Source: Lingula anatina (taxonomy: Eukaryota; Animalia; Brachiopoda). From it: a DNA stretch of 64,000 bases. The stretch covers positions 26,646,225 through 26,710,224 of the forward strand of contig CM120640.1 in NCBI GenBank assembly GCA_051362555.1. Direction: 5' to 3'. Position numbers and translations under genes: made by a program. Shown piece by piece: positions 37,773-60,548 of this stretch. A model generated the notes under the pieces. It was not told where the DNA came from, searched no databases, and saw only the letters and a list, made by a program, of their open reading frames with translations. Position 1 is the first letter of the stretch; each line of letters opens with the position of its first letter.

Positions 37773-40700
37773 TTAAATGGTTGTCATGAGTTGCCTTATA
37801 CTTTCATGGTAGTTGATTCTTTCCATTCCAAGGCAGTAGAGACGACACAGGGGCAGTACTCTTGACTGAATGGTTCCCTGACCAACATGCAGAGTCTTCA
37901 GCATAAAATCTGATTGAAAAAAAAAAAAAAAACTTGAGTTAAGAAAACAAAAACATGCCAATAATTCAAAGTCATTGATGTTAAACATTTTAACAGCTTA
38001 AATGTGTTCTTAGAATATTTTTACACCTACCCTCAAGACCATGTGCACTGTGATGTTTACTTTCTTTGGAAAAAGGTTTACAGAATATTTTCATGGGTTT
38101 CAGAACAAGAGCACTCCTGCACAGCTGTTGCAATGCTTTCTGGTTGTGATCCATTTCGTCTGGTCTTGCAGACTGAAACAGTGAAGGTTTCGCATGGTAA
38201 TTCTGTCAAGACACCTAGTGTATGTTCATCATTACTAAATGGCACCACATTCGAAAGAAAGATAGTATCCAGTGTTCTTCATGTACACAAAAAAGAGAAC
38301 AGAAAATTAAGCAAGTACATGAACAAACACATCTTGTACTTTTGCATATTATGGAAATATATAAGAGGCTCAATATGAAGTCTTCTCTAGGTGTTGCCAT
38401 TACATACAGATGAAAGTTTTTTGGGTTAATCTAGAAATCTGTTCGTTTTGAAGATATCCTATGCCCGCTTGTCTGCCATTAACAATAAAACTATGCATAT
38501 GCACTTTCAGCATTTTATTAAAAGTCTACTTCCACCTCAGATAATTTTAATTATCTTAAAAAATAAATCTCTTCTGATGTACATACATGGCTATAGTGCA
38601 GTTCTCCCACATCGGACAAGAATTCTTTCCAATCTGTCCACTGCTGGTCTGACATATCCAGTAATGTCTGGACAGATTGACCACTGCAATACACTAGAGC
38701 ATTGCAGGAGCCATCATCTATGATTATGCTGGAAAAAGGAAAAGCCAATTATTTTATGTACCACACCAATATTGTAAAACTTGACGACTTGAAATCTCAT
38801 GCAGTAAATCTTGTATCCAAAATACTTGAACTGCTGAATCAAATTTGAATTCATTTAAGGAATTATCATTGTGTACCTTAGAATCCATTTGTTCTAAACG
38901 TGCTCAAAATATATGCTCACCTGGCTTTAGCTTGGAATGCAGGAGACACAACAGAACTACAAGGAGAATAGGTACAATTCCCAGCTTTATGGAGGTTACT
39001 ACATTCCACACACACAGACCGCAGCTCCACTGTGAGCACCTGATGAACATGACAGACACACTGAAATGGGGAATGTCTAGTGCTGTTGGAGATATCCCAC
39101 AGACTACCAAGATACTGGAGTGGCAGTGAAGGGAGGTCAGTGAAGGATGAATCTGCTGTACACTCGGGCGTTCTCATACTACTGAAAGAAGGAATTATGA
39201 TCTTAAAATTGATTACCTATACTGTGTTGTCTTCAAATTAAAATACCAAAATGTTTTTGAAAAAAAGATAGCAAATACTATCTTATGTGTATTTCGTTAG
39301 TAAACATGCTCTTTACACATTTTAATTAAAATTAAAATACATAAGTGATAAATTAATTTTGAATTCCTGTAAAATACAAGAAAAGCACTCAGAGAGCACA
39401 AACCTGCCAAGACATAATTAACTAATTATTAAACAAACTAATTAATAAACGAATTGTCACCAAAATCAAATCACACAGGTTATCCCGTTTCTGACCTATC
39501 CTGAAAATTTCATCAAAATCCATCAATAACTTTTTCCATAATGTTGCAAAGAAACAGGCAAAGTAATTAACAAAACCAAAAACATAACCTCTTAAATGAC
39601 AGAGGTAACAATCATTTCAATGCAGAAAGTTCTTACCATCTTTCTCCTTTAAATGGCGGGAAACAAACCACTCTGACATGAGATGTTATAAGATCATGGC
39701 AGTAGAGTTTATTGTTTTCTGACAGACGTTTCTCAAATCTCCTGAATTCCACCACAGCCCCCAAGAGCAAGCCAAGACAAAACTGTTGATTGTCCCCTTT
39801 CAAATAAACTGTAATATTATCTGATGAGGCCAGGTCACCCACAAGGAGTTTCATGGACTTGCCATCAGGAAAGGATATTCCTGAAGTTCAAAATGATGGG
39901 ATACACATTTGCTAAATTTCGGCCATCAATCAATTAATACCAAACAAGTGCATGAAATTTAAATACGTAGGCTAGTCTGAAATATGGTACAAACATCAGC
40001 AATAATATTTATGTAGCCCATTAAATTTAATTTGAAATAAACGTATTTTGTATGATTCAAAGCATGAAGCACTCATACCCATATCCTGATGTACTTTCTG
40101 TAAATCCTGAGGGAGAACTCTTCTTGGTCGGGAATTACTTTGGGTTGTAAATGTTTTCGATTTTATCCAGCCTTTGAATGAAACTAGTTTGTCCATGGAA
40201 CTGAAATTAAAAATACAATAAAATTATCATTTGTAAAAACCCCCATTATACACGGATGTATAAGAAAAAGCATTTTTCACATGTAGCAACAGTCTGACAA
40301 TCTAAACATTTCTCTGTGAACCATGTTCTAGGCTCATGCCAACTTTTTGCCAAGTGCTACAGAATATCAAACACAAAACTGCTTAAAAGTTTCCCAGTCC
40401 TCAGTTTTGAAATGGACATTTTATTACTATATCCTTAGAATTTTTTCAAATATTTGACAAAAAACATCATGACATACTCAAATAGGCTCAGACTTCCATA
40501 TGCATTGATTCACGCCTTACCTATTATTATTTATATCCTGCACGTTACAGAGCTCCACACCTCTGCCAGAGTTTTTAACATCACCTGCATCCTATTCATA
40601 ATAAAATCAAAATTTTTAGCATTATTTCCACCATTTTAGAGATGAAGTTGATATGTTTACTTTGGTCGCCTAGCTTCTATATTCATGTAAAACAATGAGT

Positions 40701-43700
40701 TTTGAACAGCTGTGTAAACTGTATATTGCAGAAAATGTTGTTTTTTACTATAATATTTTTATACATAAATCCACATGTTAAATCAGAAACTTACATCACT
40801 TTCAGTGGATGAAGAATTTCTGTCAAATAAAATAGAGTCAAAGGCCATGTTGTCTCTGATGTCCACACACTGCCTAGTGGGGTAAACTGTCATTGCTCTT
40901 TCTGCAGAACGTTTACCGCCCAACTTTGCCTGGAACACTGCAGCACTGTTGGTATTGTGTGCTGTCAGTCTATACAGACCTCCAACATGGATATATGGAA
41001 ACCACTTGATGGAAGATCCTTGGAGATTTAAAGCCACTGGTCTAGATGGTGTAGCACTCTCAGAGGTTTGGAGAACAGCAGGAGGTTCTTTTCTGGTGGC
41101 CGTATGAGATGTGACTTCTGAAGACTTGTTAATGGCTGATGGAGTAGATCCATGGTTTGCTTCTGCATTATTGCCTTGAATACTGTTTACATTTTCATGC
41201 CTAGTAGGCCCAGTGCTCCTTAAATATATCTCTGGCTGATTTATACAAGAATCAATCCCTAGTTCCAAACTTTCTTTTGCACCAGGCACATTCAAGGAGG
41301 GTTCTCCAATAAAAGTTGCTATGCAACTGAAACAAAGCTGAGGAGCACTTCTGGCATGTCTTTGTAATTTCAAAGGTTCTTTATGTGTAATTAATACCAA
41401 ATGTGATACAGAGGAGTCATCCAATGGCTCAGTGCTTGCTGATTGTGAGGATTTCTTTGGCTCCAATTTCCTTTTTTTGCACTTTAAGTCAACGTCTGCA
41501 TCCCTGTTAACAGCTGCGTTATTGGAAAATTTTCTTCGGTGTAGGGTAACAGCATCTTCTATTGCAAATTGTAAATAAACATGCACCCTTTTCTGTTGAA
41601 TATGCTTTTCATCGCTAAAAAAACTGGGATGTGGAAGACTACAAACAAGGAACCTCTCAATTACTATTTGGAACTTAGTTATTCGAACCAACTGACCATC
41701 TATCCAAGACTGTGGAAGTGGGCATGAATGAAAGAATGGGGGAGCCATGGTTTTCCCTCTGGCACAATCTGTATTGCAAAAATGATATTCCATTGAATCT
41801 GATGCATATTGAGCAACGAGACAATCAATGCTCCCTGTTTGATCCCGTAGCTGCAAACGCCCAGTTTTGGTGCAAGTTTCTATAACTCCAACAACAATCT
41901 GAAAAAGCAGTGGAGTAGTTTCCATATATGTAATTGTTATTATAGAGTGTACAGATTAGTAGGAGATAATTTTGACTATGATACTGCTATAAACAAATAA
42001 CATCTTTCCATGAGAATGATAATTTCTTTACCAACATCTAAAAGACCTTTTTTTTCAAAGTTTTTAAATCATGTCATATGCTTTTATATCGAAGCTGGGG
42101 ATTAATTACCCAAGGTGGAGTAAAATCACTGTTCTCAAATACTAAGTGTGACCAGTAGACATATTCTGTTGCATCTCTTGCCGTCATATTTTTGGCCACA
42201 ATGTCCTTCTTGAGGTCTACATAGTTCCCAGTAGTGACAACAGCTTCCTGGTTTATTTCTGCCACGCTAGGGATTCTGTGCAATGATTCCTTTGACACCT
42301 TAAATAAAGAAGTCATAAGAAGTTGCCATGAGCAGTGCAATTAAAAGAATTTATACATTACTTTTTAATATACATGTGCTGAAAGTATTTTGTTTGAATA
42401 GAATACCGTTGAAAAATAGGACAGAGATTGTTGTAAAGCAAGAAATACATGCCATAGGTTACTCATTGTAGTGTTGAAAAAAATGATTTTGTCCCATTTA
42501 AAATTATGTTTTCCAAATGACAATTGTGTACAGCATGTGCTAATGTTCACAATAATGATAAATGATAATAGTGACAAAAATATGTGTCCCCTAGTAAATA
42601 CTGCATACGTAAATAAGAACCAGACATGCATTCACATCCAAGTGATTGTTCCTACAGATTGTTAAAGAATGGTATGTTTCATGTGTTTTGCATAACCAAT
42701 AATAGTTTACTTACAGTTCTTTCTGTAATTCCACATTTGTGATTCTCAGCAAGGAATTCCTGTAGGATCTTGCGCTTAGCTCTGCATAATAAGGGCTCCT
42801 CTTTTATTGGACATTTGGTGGTGAAAAGCATGGAAAACACACCAGAACTCACACTGCTGGAAACATGCCAAAACAATTCAGGAATAACTAGTATACAGGC
42901 ATATACTTTTTGTTTTAGCCAATAGATGAATTTGACATTTTGATATAGCAATAATTATGCAATTGCATTCAAATATGGACCAGAACATTTGCTAAATGTG
43001 CAATAATAGTCCTGAAACCAAGTGAAACTTTGATGCAGGAATAGAGAAAAAGGACATTGTACAAATCATACTATAAATCAAGTGCAGGACAATGATGTAG
43101 CGTACAGCCTACAGGTATCCCATGCAACCATATCAGATGCACAGATGATAACATAATACCGCGAAATTTCCACATGTGAGCCTGTATAGACAGAAAAGAA
43201 AGCTAAGACTACTCACATCCCATTGCTCTCCCTGTTAATATTACATGAAACAACATTATCATGACACAAGGCAAATAAAAAGCAGGGGTAGTGGTGGAAG
43301 TGGCAGCTAGAGTAATAGCAGTGGTAGTAAGACAAAGCTGGATATACCCACTACCTAGAAGTTACAAAAACGAATAAGTCAGTGATATATTACATAAAAC
43401 ACATGAGGTTCTTTATTAACCCAAAATGTATCACCTGAAGCTTTTTTTCAAGGTCCACACCTTGGCCCACCAGTTGGTACCACCATCGAGCAATCGCTCA
43501 GCAATAAATTAATAACAGTGGTCATGGAGCTGAGAACTAACCAGAATACACTCAAGAAAATGTTTGAATCAAAATTCAAACTTGAGGTCCTTATGAATAT
43601 GAATGATAAAATCAAAGTTCTCAGGGATGAAATTAACATTGATATCAGTAAAGAAGCGGCATGTATCTATACACAATAAACTTACAAGCAATGCAAGAGT

Positions 43701-46700
43701 GGATTGACAGTTTGGAGGATGTTAACAGGAAAGAGTCTAATCAGCAGCTAGCAGCAAATGGTATGACCCATTCAGACCCGACTTGGCAATAGCTGTTAGT
43801 CTAATCCTGTCAGAGAAGAGTGAGGGGATTATAAGCAAGGCAAGGGATCTGCTTAGGGCGGTGGGGGAAGTTACCACCATATTTGCTAGGCCATTACATG
43901 CGAAACCAACTGTCCAATCAAGATGACCCTGAAAAGCCCAGACGAGAGTGGTCATACTGCAGAAGAAGAAAAAACTGCAAGACTCAACACGGTATAAGAG
44001 AATGTACATCCATGCATTTTAATCTAAAACTGAACTGCTGATAGAGAGCAAAGCCCAGGAAATTCTATGAATCCTACCACATGGACACAAGCTTCAGGTT
44101 GACATGAATGGTAGGATATGGAACAAACAGCAAAAGCACACCCCAGAATAGGACACACCCAGGCATCATGGCACGATTAAGTTATCACACACACACATGG
44201 GTGGGTGGATCAATTTCAAAGGAAACAATACTCTAAGATGTACAGACAGGTACAGTACACCACAAAATGGAGATGGTGTGTTTGATACTGTATGCAGGTT
44301 AATCAAAAACAAAATGGATGATAAGGTCCTGAAATGGTCTCCAAAAAATGCCCAATTGATTTATAAAGTTATATAGTCACATGTCACACTAATAACTAAT
44401 TAAATAACTACTACTACTATAATACAAATGCTAATAACCAAGCAGCATGGCATGAACAACAGTTGGCAGTACAATAATGGCTCTAGTTCAATACTCAAAG
44501 ACTTTTGTAAGACAGTCATTCTTTGCTAGTGGTGCACTGTGGGGGGGCCATAACAAGAATGTAATTTAAACTTAGATAGCCAACCAAATTCTCATGACAT
44601 CGTTGTGTATGTTTTAATAACAAATCAAAGAAGCTGCATGAGCAAGGACGATGCTGTTATAAAAGCAAAATAAGAGAAAAAGCAGAAAATATATCTAAAT
44701 TACCCTCAAAATGGCATCCTTTTTTGTGGAATTTCGACCCTACCTCTATTTAGGAACAGTTTGTTTAGGGTTTGAATGGATAATTGAAGCAGCAAATACA
44801 CCTACTGCAAGAAGATATAATAAACAGAATGTGCAAATAGTTATTTAAATAAAAATTTATTTGAAGTCACTGAAAAATTATCACAAAATTAGCATATCTT
44901 ACGTCACATGCGGTGCCCCACCCCAATGAAAATTTCATCTAATCCTATCTTTACGTATTAAAACTCTTCAATCGTCCAAAGTAGTCTGTCGGTTAGTTTG
45001 TGTCATGAAGTCCATGATGATATCAGTTTTCTTAAGAATTTCACATTTCTTTCTCAACAAGGTCGATTTTTCTACACGGCGTCCCAATGTAACGTTCGTT
45101 ACGCTGAAACTTCGGAGATCGATTTTTATCAGACGACTTTAAAATGCCGCGTGAAAATTATACATCGATAGCGATCTTCTTCCATACTCACTAACTGATG
45201 ACGTCTCACACACGAATGGCTTCTTTTGCACACTAAAAAAACCAGCTCAAACTGGCGGGTGTCACATTCTGATAACGTGTAATGCAGTGATGCTTTCGTG
45301 ATCGGATGCAGGGCACAGGTGTAATTCCCTCGATTTAACCGCCACAGGACTGTTTATAGGGATCTTCTTTGTATGAAAGTGAGAAATACTGAGTTTCGTT
45401 TCATTTTTCTTCAATTGTTTCAACATATATGTGTACCGATTGATTATTACCATTCGATAAGTACGGCGACTTCGTCTGAACTTCCTTTTGCGTCTGTGTC
45501 ACATGGGTGACTAAAGTTCATATTGTACATGGTAACGCAGCGACACCGTATTCATGTTTTCTTGTTCTCGAAAACTCAATCATTGAAACTGAATGACTTT
45601 TTTTTAGTTTTGTCTTGAATTTAACTGCTACACTGTATTCCGTGCGTTTAAATTTAACCGTCTGTAAAAACAGCAATAATGGATTACTCGCAACACTTAC
45701 GTTACGCAATGAAGCACCGAAAATGGGTGAAGAAAATGTGTGTCAGTAATACGTGTTTGCCACTCATAATGCACTGTACTTTGTTTGAATAAGCAATAAA
45801 CTATTTGTGATCATAGGTTATCCATTGTTCGTTATCAGAGTTAACAGATTCTTTGTATGATTTTTTTCAGAATGCCAAGAGTGGATGCCTTGGTGAGCAC
45901 AGAGCAGATATCACCAGGAAGAATGTTATAATACTGAACTTTGTGTTACACTGAACTTCATTTTGTTAAATTTTGTATTTAACTGAACTTTATTGTGTTA
46001 AAATAATAAAAAATAATAATAATTCCGATAAAAAACTACAATCTGGAACATTCTTTAGATCAACTTTGTTCAGTGTGTGTCCCATGTGACAGAGTTACAG
46101 TAAACAATATATGTGCATTATTCCTCTGTGTTTGCCAATTCCATTTTAAAAGCATGTGAGAGTGATGTTCCCCACATGATTGAAGTGTGTGTGGATAATA
46201 GCAAAAATATTGTTATTATTTACATGATTATAAAAAGTTTTTGTACCCGCGACACTAACATTACCGTGACCCACATATTCACCATTTTTATTAATCATGA
46301 AATGTGGATTGAATTCTTCAAAACCAGTTTTAAAGCATTGAGACAACACCCCCTTATGATTTAAACTAAAACTAAAAACATTCCATTAGATTTTCATTAG
46401 TTTTAGTGCCAAATATATCTCCCATGTAACGCGTCTTGGATTTGGAGGGTATAGCTGTTCAACTCTCTTGTGTGCCCTGACAAGGGCATCTGCTGTTTCC
46501 CTTTTGATGAAATGATAAACTGTGATGGTGTAGCTATCACATTGCAAAATTACAGCTTCCCAGAGAAAGTTTGAAATTTTCGGTCAAATTCAACATTTTG
46601 TAACCACTAGCAAAGAATGACTGAAGAAGACCAATTTTGGGAAAAAAAATTAAATACCCATCTTCTTCCTTCACTCCAACCTTCAATAGTTCATTGACAC

Positions 46701-49700
46701 TGAAAGATAAAAGAATAATGGTATCAAAAAAATTATCATTATATATCTTATAAGTTTTATTAAATACAGGTAACAAATCACTTACATCACACATAAAAGC
46801 CTTGATTTACTGAAAGAACCAATAATTTTGTTACAACAATTAAAGAATTAATTTACATCTGAAAGGTGAACATTTCTATCTGTCTGTTATTGTCATCAAC
46901 AAACCTGAGAATATCAGGACAAAATTTTTGCCTCAGTTTTTTCTCACACTTTAGCAGCCACAGTACTTGGGCTTGATTGAGGTTAAAGTAGTTCAACAAA
47001 TGACTTATCACGCTTCTGTTGTGATAATATGGCTAGAAAGAGGTATACAATAAAAATAATACATTCATTTTCAATGACATTCAATGACTTATGTTCAAAA
47101 ATGCTAAAATTTAACATTCACCTTGCAAGTTCTTGATTATGCATGTATACCTTTATTTCATTTATGTTCCACAACAACTAAACAAACAAAAATCCTCTTG
47201 TATTAAAATATGCACTTAAAAACCACTTCCATATTAATTTAGTACTGTATATCTTAGTTTTAAATAATCTAAATACCGCAGGTTGGACAGTGGATGGGGG
47301 GCATTCTAAAACATGAATGCTGCTAATCAAGCAACAACACAGCCAAATTTTGGGATGCTGAAAACAGAGTTCATATGTTAGTTTCTTACATAAAAATACA
47401 CTATACAATTACTGAATTTCACATCAACTGAGGGGAAGCTGAGGTTGATATCACTCTTTGAGGTCTGCTAAACAATATATTGACTGAAAGCTAAAGCAGA
47501 TGCTTGCTTTATTATATAAAAACAGTTGAATCTCAATGTCCTCCAAGATTACATCAAAAGTTGCAAAATTGCCATCATTTGATATTGCTGTTGTCTGAAT
47601 GATGATGTTTTCTTTTCTCTAAATGATCAGAAAATTGACCATAAAGTCATCAATCAATGTAATGTTTGGTTGTAATGTCACTGATCAATATCATGTTTTA
47701 TCAGACCTCAAACTTACAGTACGGATATAGAATAATGATCGATACTTATCAAATAAAAATTTTAATAGGGTTACATTTGCCTTCACTTTACTATTGTATT
47801 TTAATGGCCAACCACTGCAATAAAAAACATAAACAAATGGATGCTGAGGAAAAATTATGAGCAATTCCCAAAAGTTCAAATTAGACTTTGCTTGAGAAAA
47901 CCAAGTTATAGGACTCACCTCATCAGCGACACAGTGATGTGCATTGTACACCACAATTTTAGTTCCCACACTCAAAAATTTGTACTGATGAACCGCAGGA
48001 ATATATGTCAACTGCAATCTAAAAAAGTGTGAAAAATTTCAACTTTGATCTTTGAGAAAAGTATTACCTTTAGATTGCATCATACATTTTGTTTAACTAA
48101 TTTAGGTTTTGTGTATTGACTGCACATTGTTAATGTAATGTATTCATATATTTTGCATGATTATCATATATTTCAAAAACTTACCCAATTTTGCCATCGA
48201 GCTCATATAACCCATGTTCTGCCCTGCAAGTGCTTGTAATAGTGCCCTGTAGAAATTGAAAAAATATATGAACTGTCAAAACACACTAAGAGCATTAGGT
48301 ATGTCTGGGGATGGATTCAGGTATGCTACCATCATGAAGGCCTTGTAAACAAAATGACAGGACCCCTTCTTAGTGAAACGTGCTTTGCCTCTATTGATAG
48401 TGAAAAAGATAAACAAATAAAAAAAAGAAAAGGTAAAAATATGTACAATGTCATTTTTTAATAGTAAAGTAAAAGAATTCTAAAGAGATTTAATGTTTTG
48501 TACCTGTGAGGCATGACATTTCAACCTTTCCTGCAAGGTAATTTTTTCATTTTACTTTACTTCATAAATGTTCACAATATTACCTGATAATCATACAACT
48601 TCTTTGTCTTCTCACCAGTTGTCTCCAAACACTCTAAATTCTCACACTCTGAAAGGCTGGAAGCATCACCAGACTTCTTTAACAATTCCTGGAAATTTTA
48701 ATATGAAATAAATCAATTTACATTTATCGTGAAAATAATTACCTTAAGGTAAAATATAACTTATATTTTTTTCAAACCAAAAAAAATCAGTTGTCAAGAA
48801 ACTTTTAAAATGCGCAGAAATGATCTTTATACTTTTTAAACATGTCTTAAAGATAAAAAAACTTACAAGTACACCTGTAAAATTCAAAAGCGATATTAAA
48901 CTTACCTGCAAACTGATTACCTTTACATTCTCAGCAGTCCTTACACTGCTGTCACCATACGGTACATAAACAAGCTGCTCATCAGGAGTGCCCTAAATCA
49001 AAGAAGTGATCCTTCTCTCACATTTACCTTATCAATATAAAACTGAGAAAAAGTATTAAATTGAGCTATTTGCTCATGAACATGATGGTGTCTTTAGATA
49101 AATAACCTGTTTAAAAATAATAAAAGATTACAATAATTCTTTTTTGCAGCTGGTTTGAATATTTACCTTACTCAAAGTTGTAGGTCTCAAGTTGATGAAA
49201 AGATAACTACTCCTTGGTTGTATAGACTCTCTCCAATGTAAATAGTCTTTATCCTGAAAAAAATCATATAATTATCATTTTAATTGCTAGTAAGGAGCAT
49301 ATAAATCATGATTTCCTGCTTCACAAATAAAATTTTGACCTTTTACAAAATGAATCACATTGAATTCCTATGCTCTATATTCAAGAACCCAATGGCAAAC
49401 AATCAAAGTAGCAGTTCATCTGTTTTTTCATGTACAAGAAAAAAAATGAATTACAATAAAAGTAGCACAATTAGAAAAACGTTAGCTCTTGTTTTTTAAA
49501 AAAAGGTCCACAACTCACTGTCACAACAATGTTTATTGTCTTCTCTGTCTTTTTTGATTTGAGCTGAATTAGAAACATAGTCTTTCCCTTAATTCTGAAA
49601 TAGAAAAAAGGATTTGATTAAATGAATCAGTTTTGCTGCAGCATCACATTTCCAGCCCAAGCTTAATATGATTTATATACCCTAGCAAATATAGTTGCTT

Positions 49701-50444
49701 AATGCTATGAAATAATATGACATTCACTGTCAATAATAATCCTTTAAAATAAATCTCATCAAATTACTAACATTCCAGATGGTTATACTTACTGAATTAG
49801 TTCACTGACTGCATTGACACTGCCAAATATGCTGCAATTCTTCAAGGTTACTTTCGACCTACAAAATATATTAACAACACATAAGTAACATTGCGACCTC
49901 AATCTAAATTCCTCTTCTAATTAGTATATTTACTCCTTATGTCTATCTACTTATCTATTAGCTACTTTGGGGCTTATTTACAGGGCTACTAACAAAAATT
50001 AATGCATAAGCACTCCACATATTTTTATGAATTTTTATGCTGGAGAGCTGGGGTAGCGCTAACACTCGCCGATTTAGCCAAATGCTAAAACTGACTTAAA
50101 TTGGCTAAAGAAAAAGGGCCTGATTTGACTTGTTTTAGTCAAATTATAACCATTTTTATTACAAATTGACAAAAAAGTGGTGATTTGGCTAAGCCAAAAA
50201 AATTGCTAGCGCTACCCCAGGGAAAGGTACATACAACTATTTTTAATGATGGACAAACTTATTATATGGTTTATATCTTCTTAGCCACTAAGTGTTGGAC
50301 AAGACCATTGCCAAGCAAGTTAATTGCTTTCAACTCAACAATTGCTTTTCTGGAAATAGTGTTTGTATTTTAAAATTCAAAAGTAATTACTAACTTGAAC
50401 TTTAGCAGCAAACTAGCATCATCAACGCTAATTGGTTCCATCAT
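37773..50444 (-). CDS. CTC1: CST complex subunit CTC1 (multi-exon; 5' end uncertain)
   Basis: Minus-strand exons include 37773-37909, 38031-38172, 38587-38728, 38921-39181, 39637-39880, 40079-40200, ~40521-40585, ~40795-41898, and further exons (boundaries approximate) at ~42.1-43.2 kb and 46.55-50.44 kb. Recalled CTC1 matches: GRLQLRDQTGSIDCLV, LGLLLGAVVEFRRFEKRLSENNKLYC, zinc ribbon (CVEC..C..C), IIDDGSCNALVYC, LQQLCRSALVLKP, YLHWRESIQPRSSYLFINLRP, GKTMFLIQL. Putative start MMEPISV at 50444. Confidence 0.85.
39376..39608 (+). mobile_element. Helentron/HINE-like non-autonomous element in a CTC1 intron
   Basis: Begins acaagaaaagcactcagagagcacaaacctgccaag, contains gaaaatttcatcaaaatccatcaataactttt and ends aaaacataacctc...gaggtaa with a short 3' hairpin. 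Resembles a widespread aquatic-animal repeat family (recalled, not searched). Confidence 0.5.
43480..44130 (+). mobile_element. Decayed LINE (CR1/L2-like) ORF1 fragment in a CTC1 intron
   Basis: Frameshifted, stop-interrupted translation: coiled-coil-like LKKMFESKFKLEVLMNMNDKIKVLRDEINIDI, then DPFRPDLAIAVSL..GIISKARDLLRAVG and VVILQKKKKLQDSTRYKRMYIHAF*SKTELLIE..IL*ILPHGHKLQVDMNGRIW, resembling invertebrate LINE ORF1 RRM/C-terminal regions. Confidence 0.65.
50048..50220. mobile_element. MITE (~173 bp) in a CTC1 intron
   Basis: 14-bp perfect TIRs CTGGGGTAGCGCTA ... TAGCGCTACCCCAG; internal TTAGCCAAAT/ATTTGGCTAA inverted motifs; flanks ggagag/ggaaag. Confidence 0.75.
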
Positions 50445-51559
50445 CCTGTTACTGTGTTGTGGTGGTAGTAGTTGTATTGTCAAAACCCCCAAAAAAGACC
50501 ATGTACTGTATATATTAAAATTGGACACAGCACAGTCTTAGGTCTGCTACACTATCTGAAACTAAAAAGTCGATATTGGTCTGAATACAAATACTTTTCT
50601 CAAAGCTATTTGATTTTTTAACATGCATTTTATGTCAAATTTTTACCACAAAATAGGGCCAAATGCAACCATATAGTTGCAAATAGTAAGATTTAGAGAA
50701 ATACCAAAGGGCATTATTTCATGTTTCCCTTAAATTATTTTTGAACAGATATTTTTTGCTTTCTTTCTATGCTATCTCTCAGCAGTCTCATTTGAATTAG
50801 TATGCAGTCATATATAGGACTTTTACAAATTGAAGGAACAGATAAATAAGTCCATTTTTTAATTTTTTATTTGGCAGAATAAGGGATTAATTTTGTTTAT
50901 GACTTGGTATGTCGACTTGATTTTAGTCATGTAAGAATCTTTTTGAAGTGGTTTATATTGGTAACTGAGAATCCATGCTCGCTTTATAAGTAACTTAAAT
51001 GCAAATACGTTTTCAAATTTTGGTAAGAAGCATAGTACAGACAGCACAAGACTGTCATCTAAATTGTTCCATGAATCTGAAAAGCAGATAAAACGACCTT
51101 TACAAATAGGTAAGACCTTAAACTGAACTTCTGACTCCAAGAAAACTCAGACTTAAACACGAACATCTTATATCTTAGAATTATTATCTTAGAATTATTA
51201 TGAATGATTTAACTGTACTCTATAATTACGTTTGCCTTCAATCCCTTTGCGGTCAAAGGCTTTCCAGAGATATTAATAATCTATATGCAAGGATTTAGGG
51301 CATTCTTACCATTCTTTGAAAATATAGAGCCAACTGGAAACGTTAAAATGAAACAGAAACCCAACCAAAATTGGCACCAAAATTCTACATTGTGTTTAGC
51401 TTTTGGTTCTCCAACTTCACAAGACCTCAGACAGGATAAAATTTTAAAGTTTTGATTTTATAGTTGGTTTAAATGCACCAAACAGAATATAGAACTAAAA
51501 AACAACAGAATTCCAGTATTCTATCTGTTGCGTAGATTGTTTTCATTTTCCAAAGAACT

Positions 51560-51717
51560 GTTGTAAAAGTTATTAACCCTAGTTTCTTTTAAAATAGACC
51601 AATCCATGCGCCCTCTATCGGCTGCAAGTGGTTGAGAGGGAAGCTAAAAGGTCGCCGGCGCTTTGAACGTGCTATCAGGACGTAGGGGGTTTGCGCTTTA
51701 AACAAATCGATGAAAAT
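51560..51717. promoter_or_regulatory. CpG-rich candidate bidirectional promoter between CTC1 and the calponin-family gene
   Basis: Local CpG/GC enrichment with a CCAAT box (gaccaatc at ~51597) between two divergently oriented genes. Confidence 0.45.

Positions 51718-60548
<8,831 letters not shown>

Noticed and set aside
43737-44009. Hydrophobic 90-aa minus-strand ORF as a CTC1 coding exon
   Set aside because: No CTC1 similarity, ends in a stop, and is the antisense of the LINE ORF1 relic.
51575-51582. TAACCCTA next to CTC1 as a possible telomerase RNA template
   Set aside because: An 8-mer is expected by chance; no pseudoknot, CR4/5 or H/ACA structure was recognisable, and the site lies in the promoter/5' region of the calponin-family gene.
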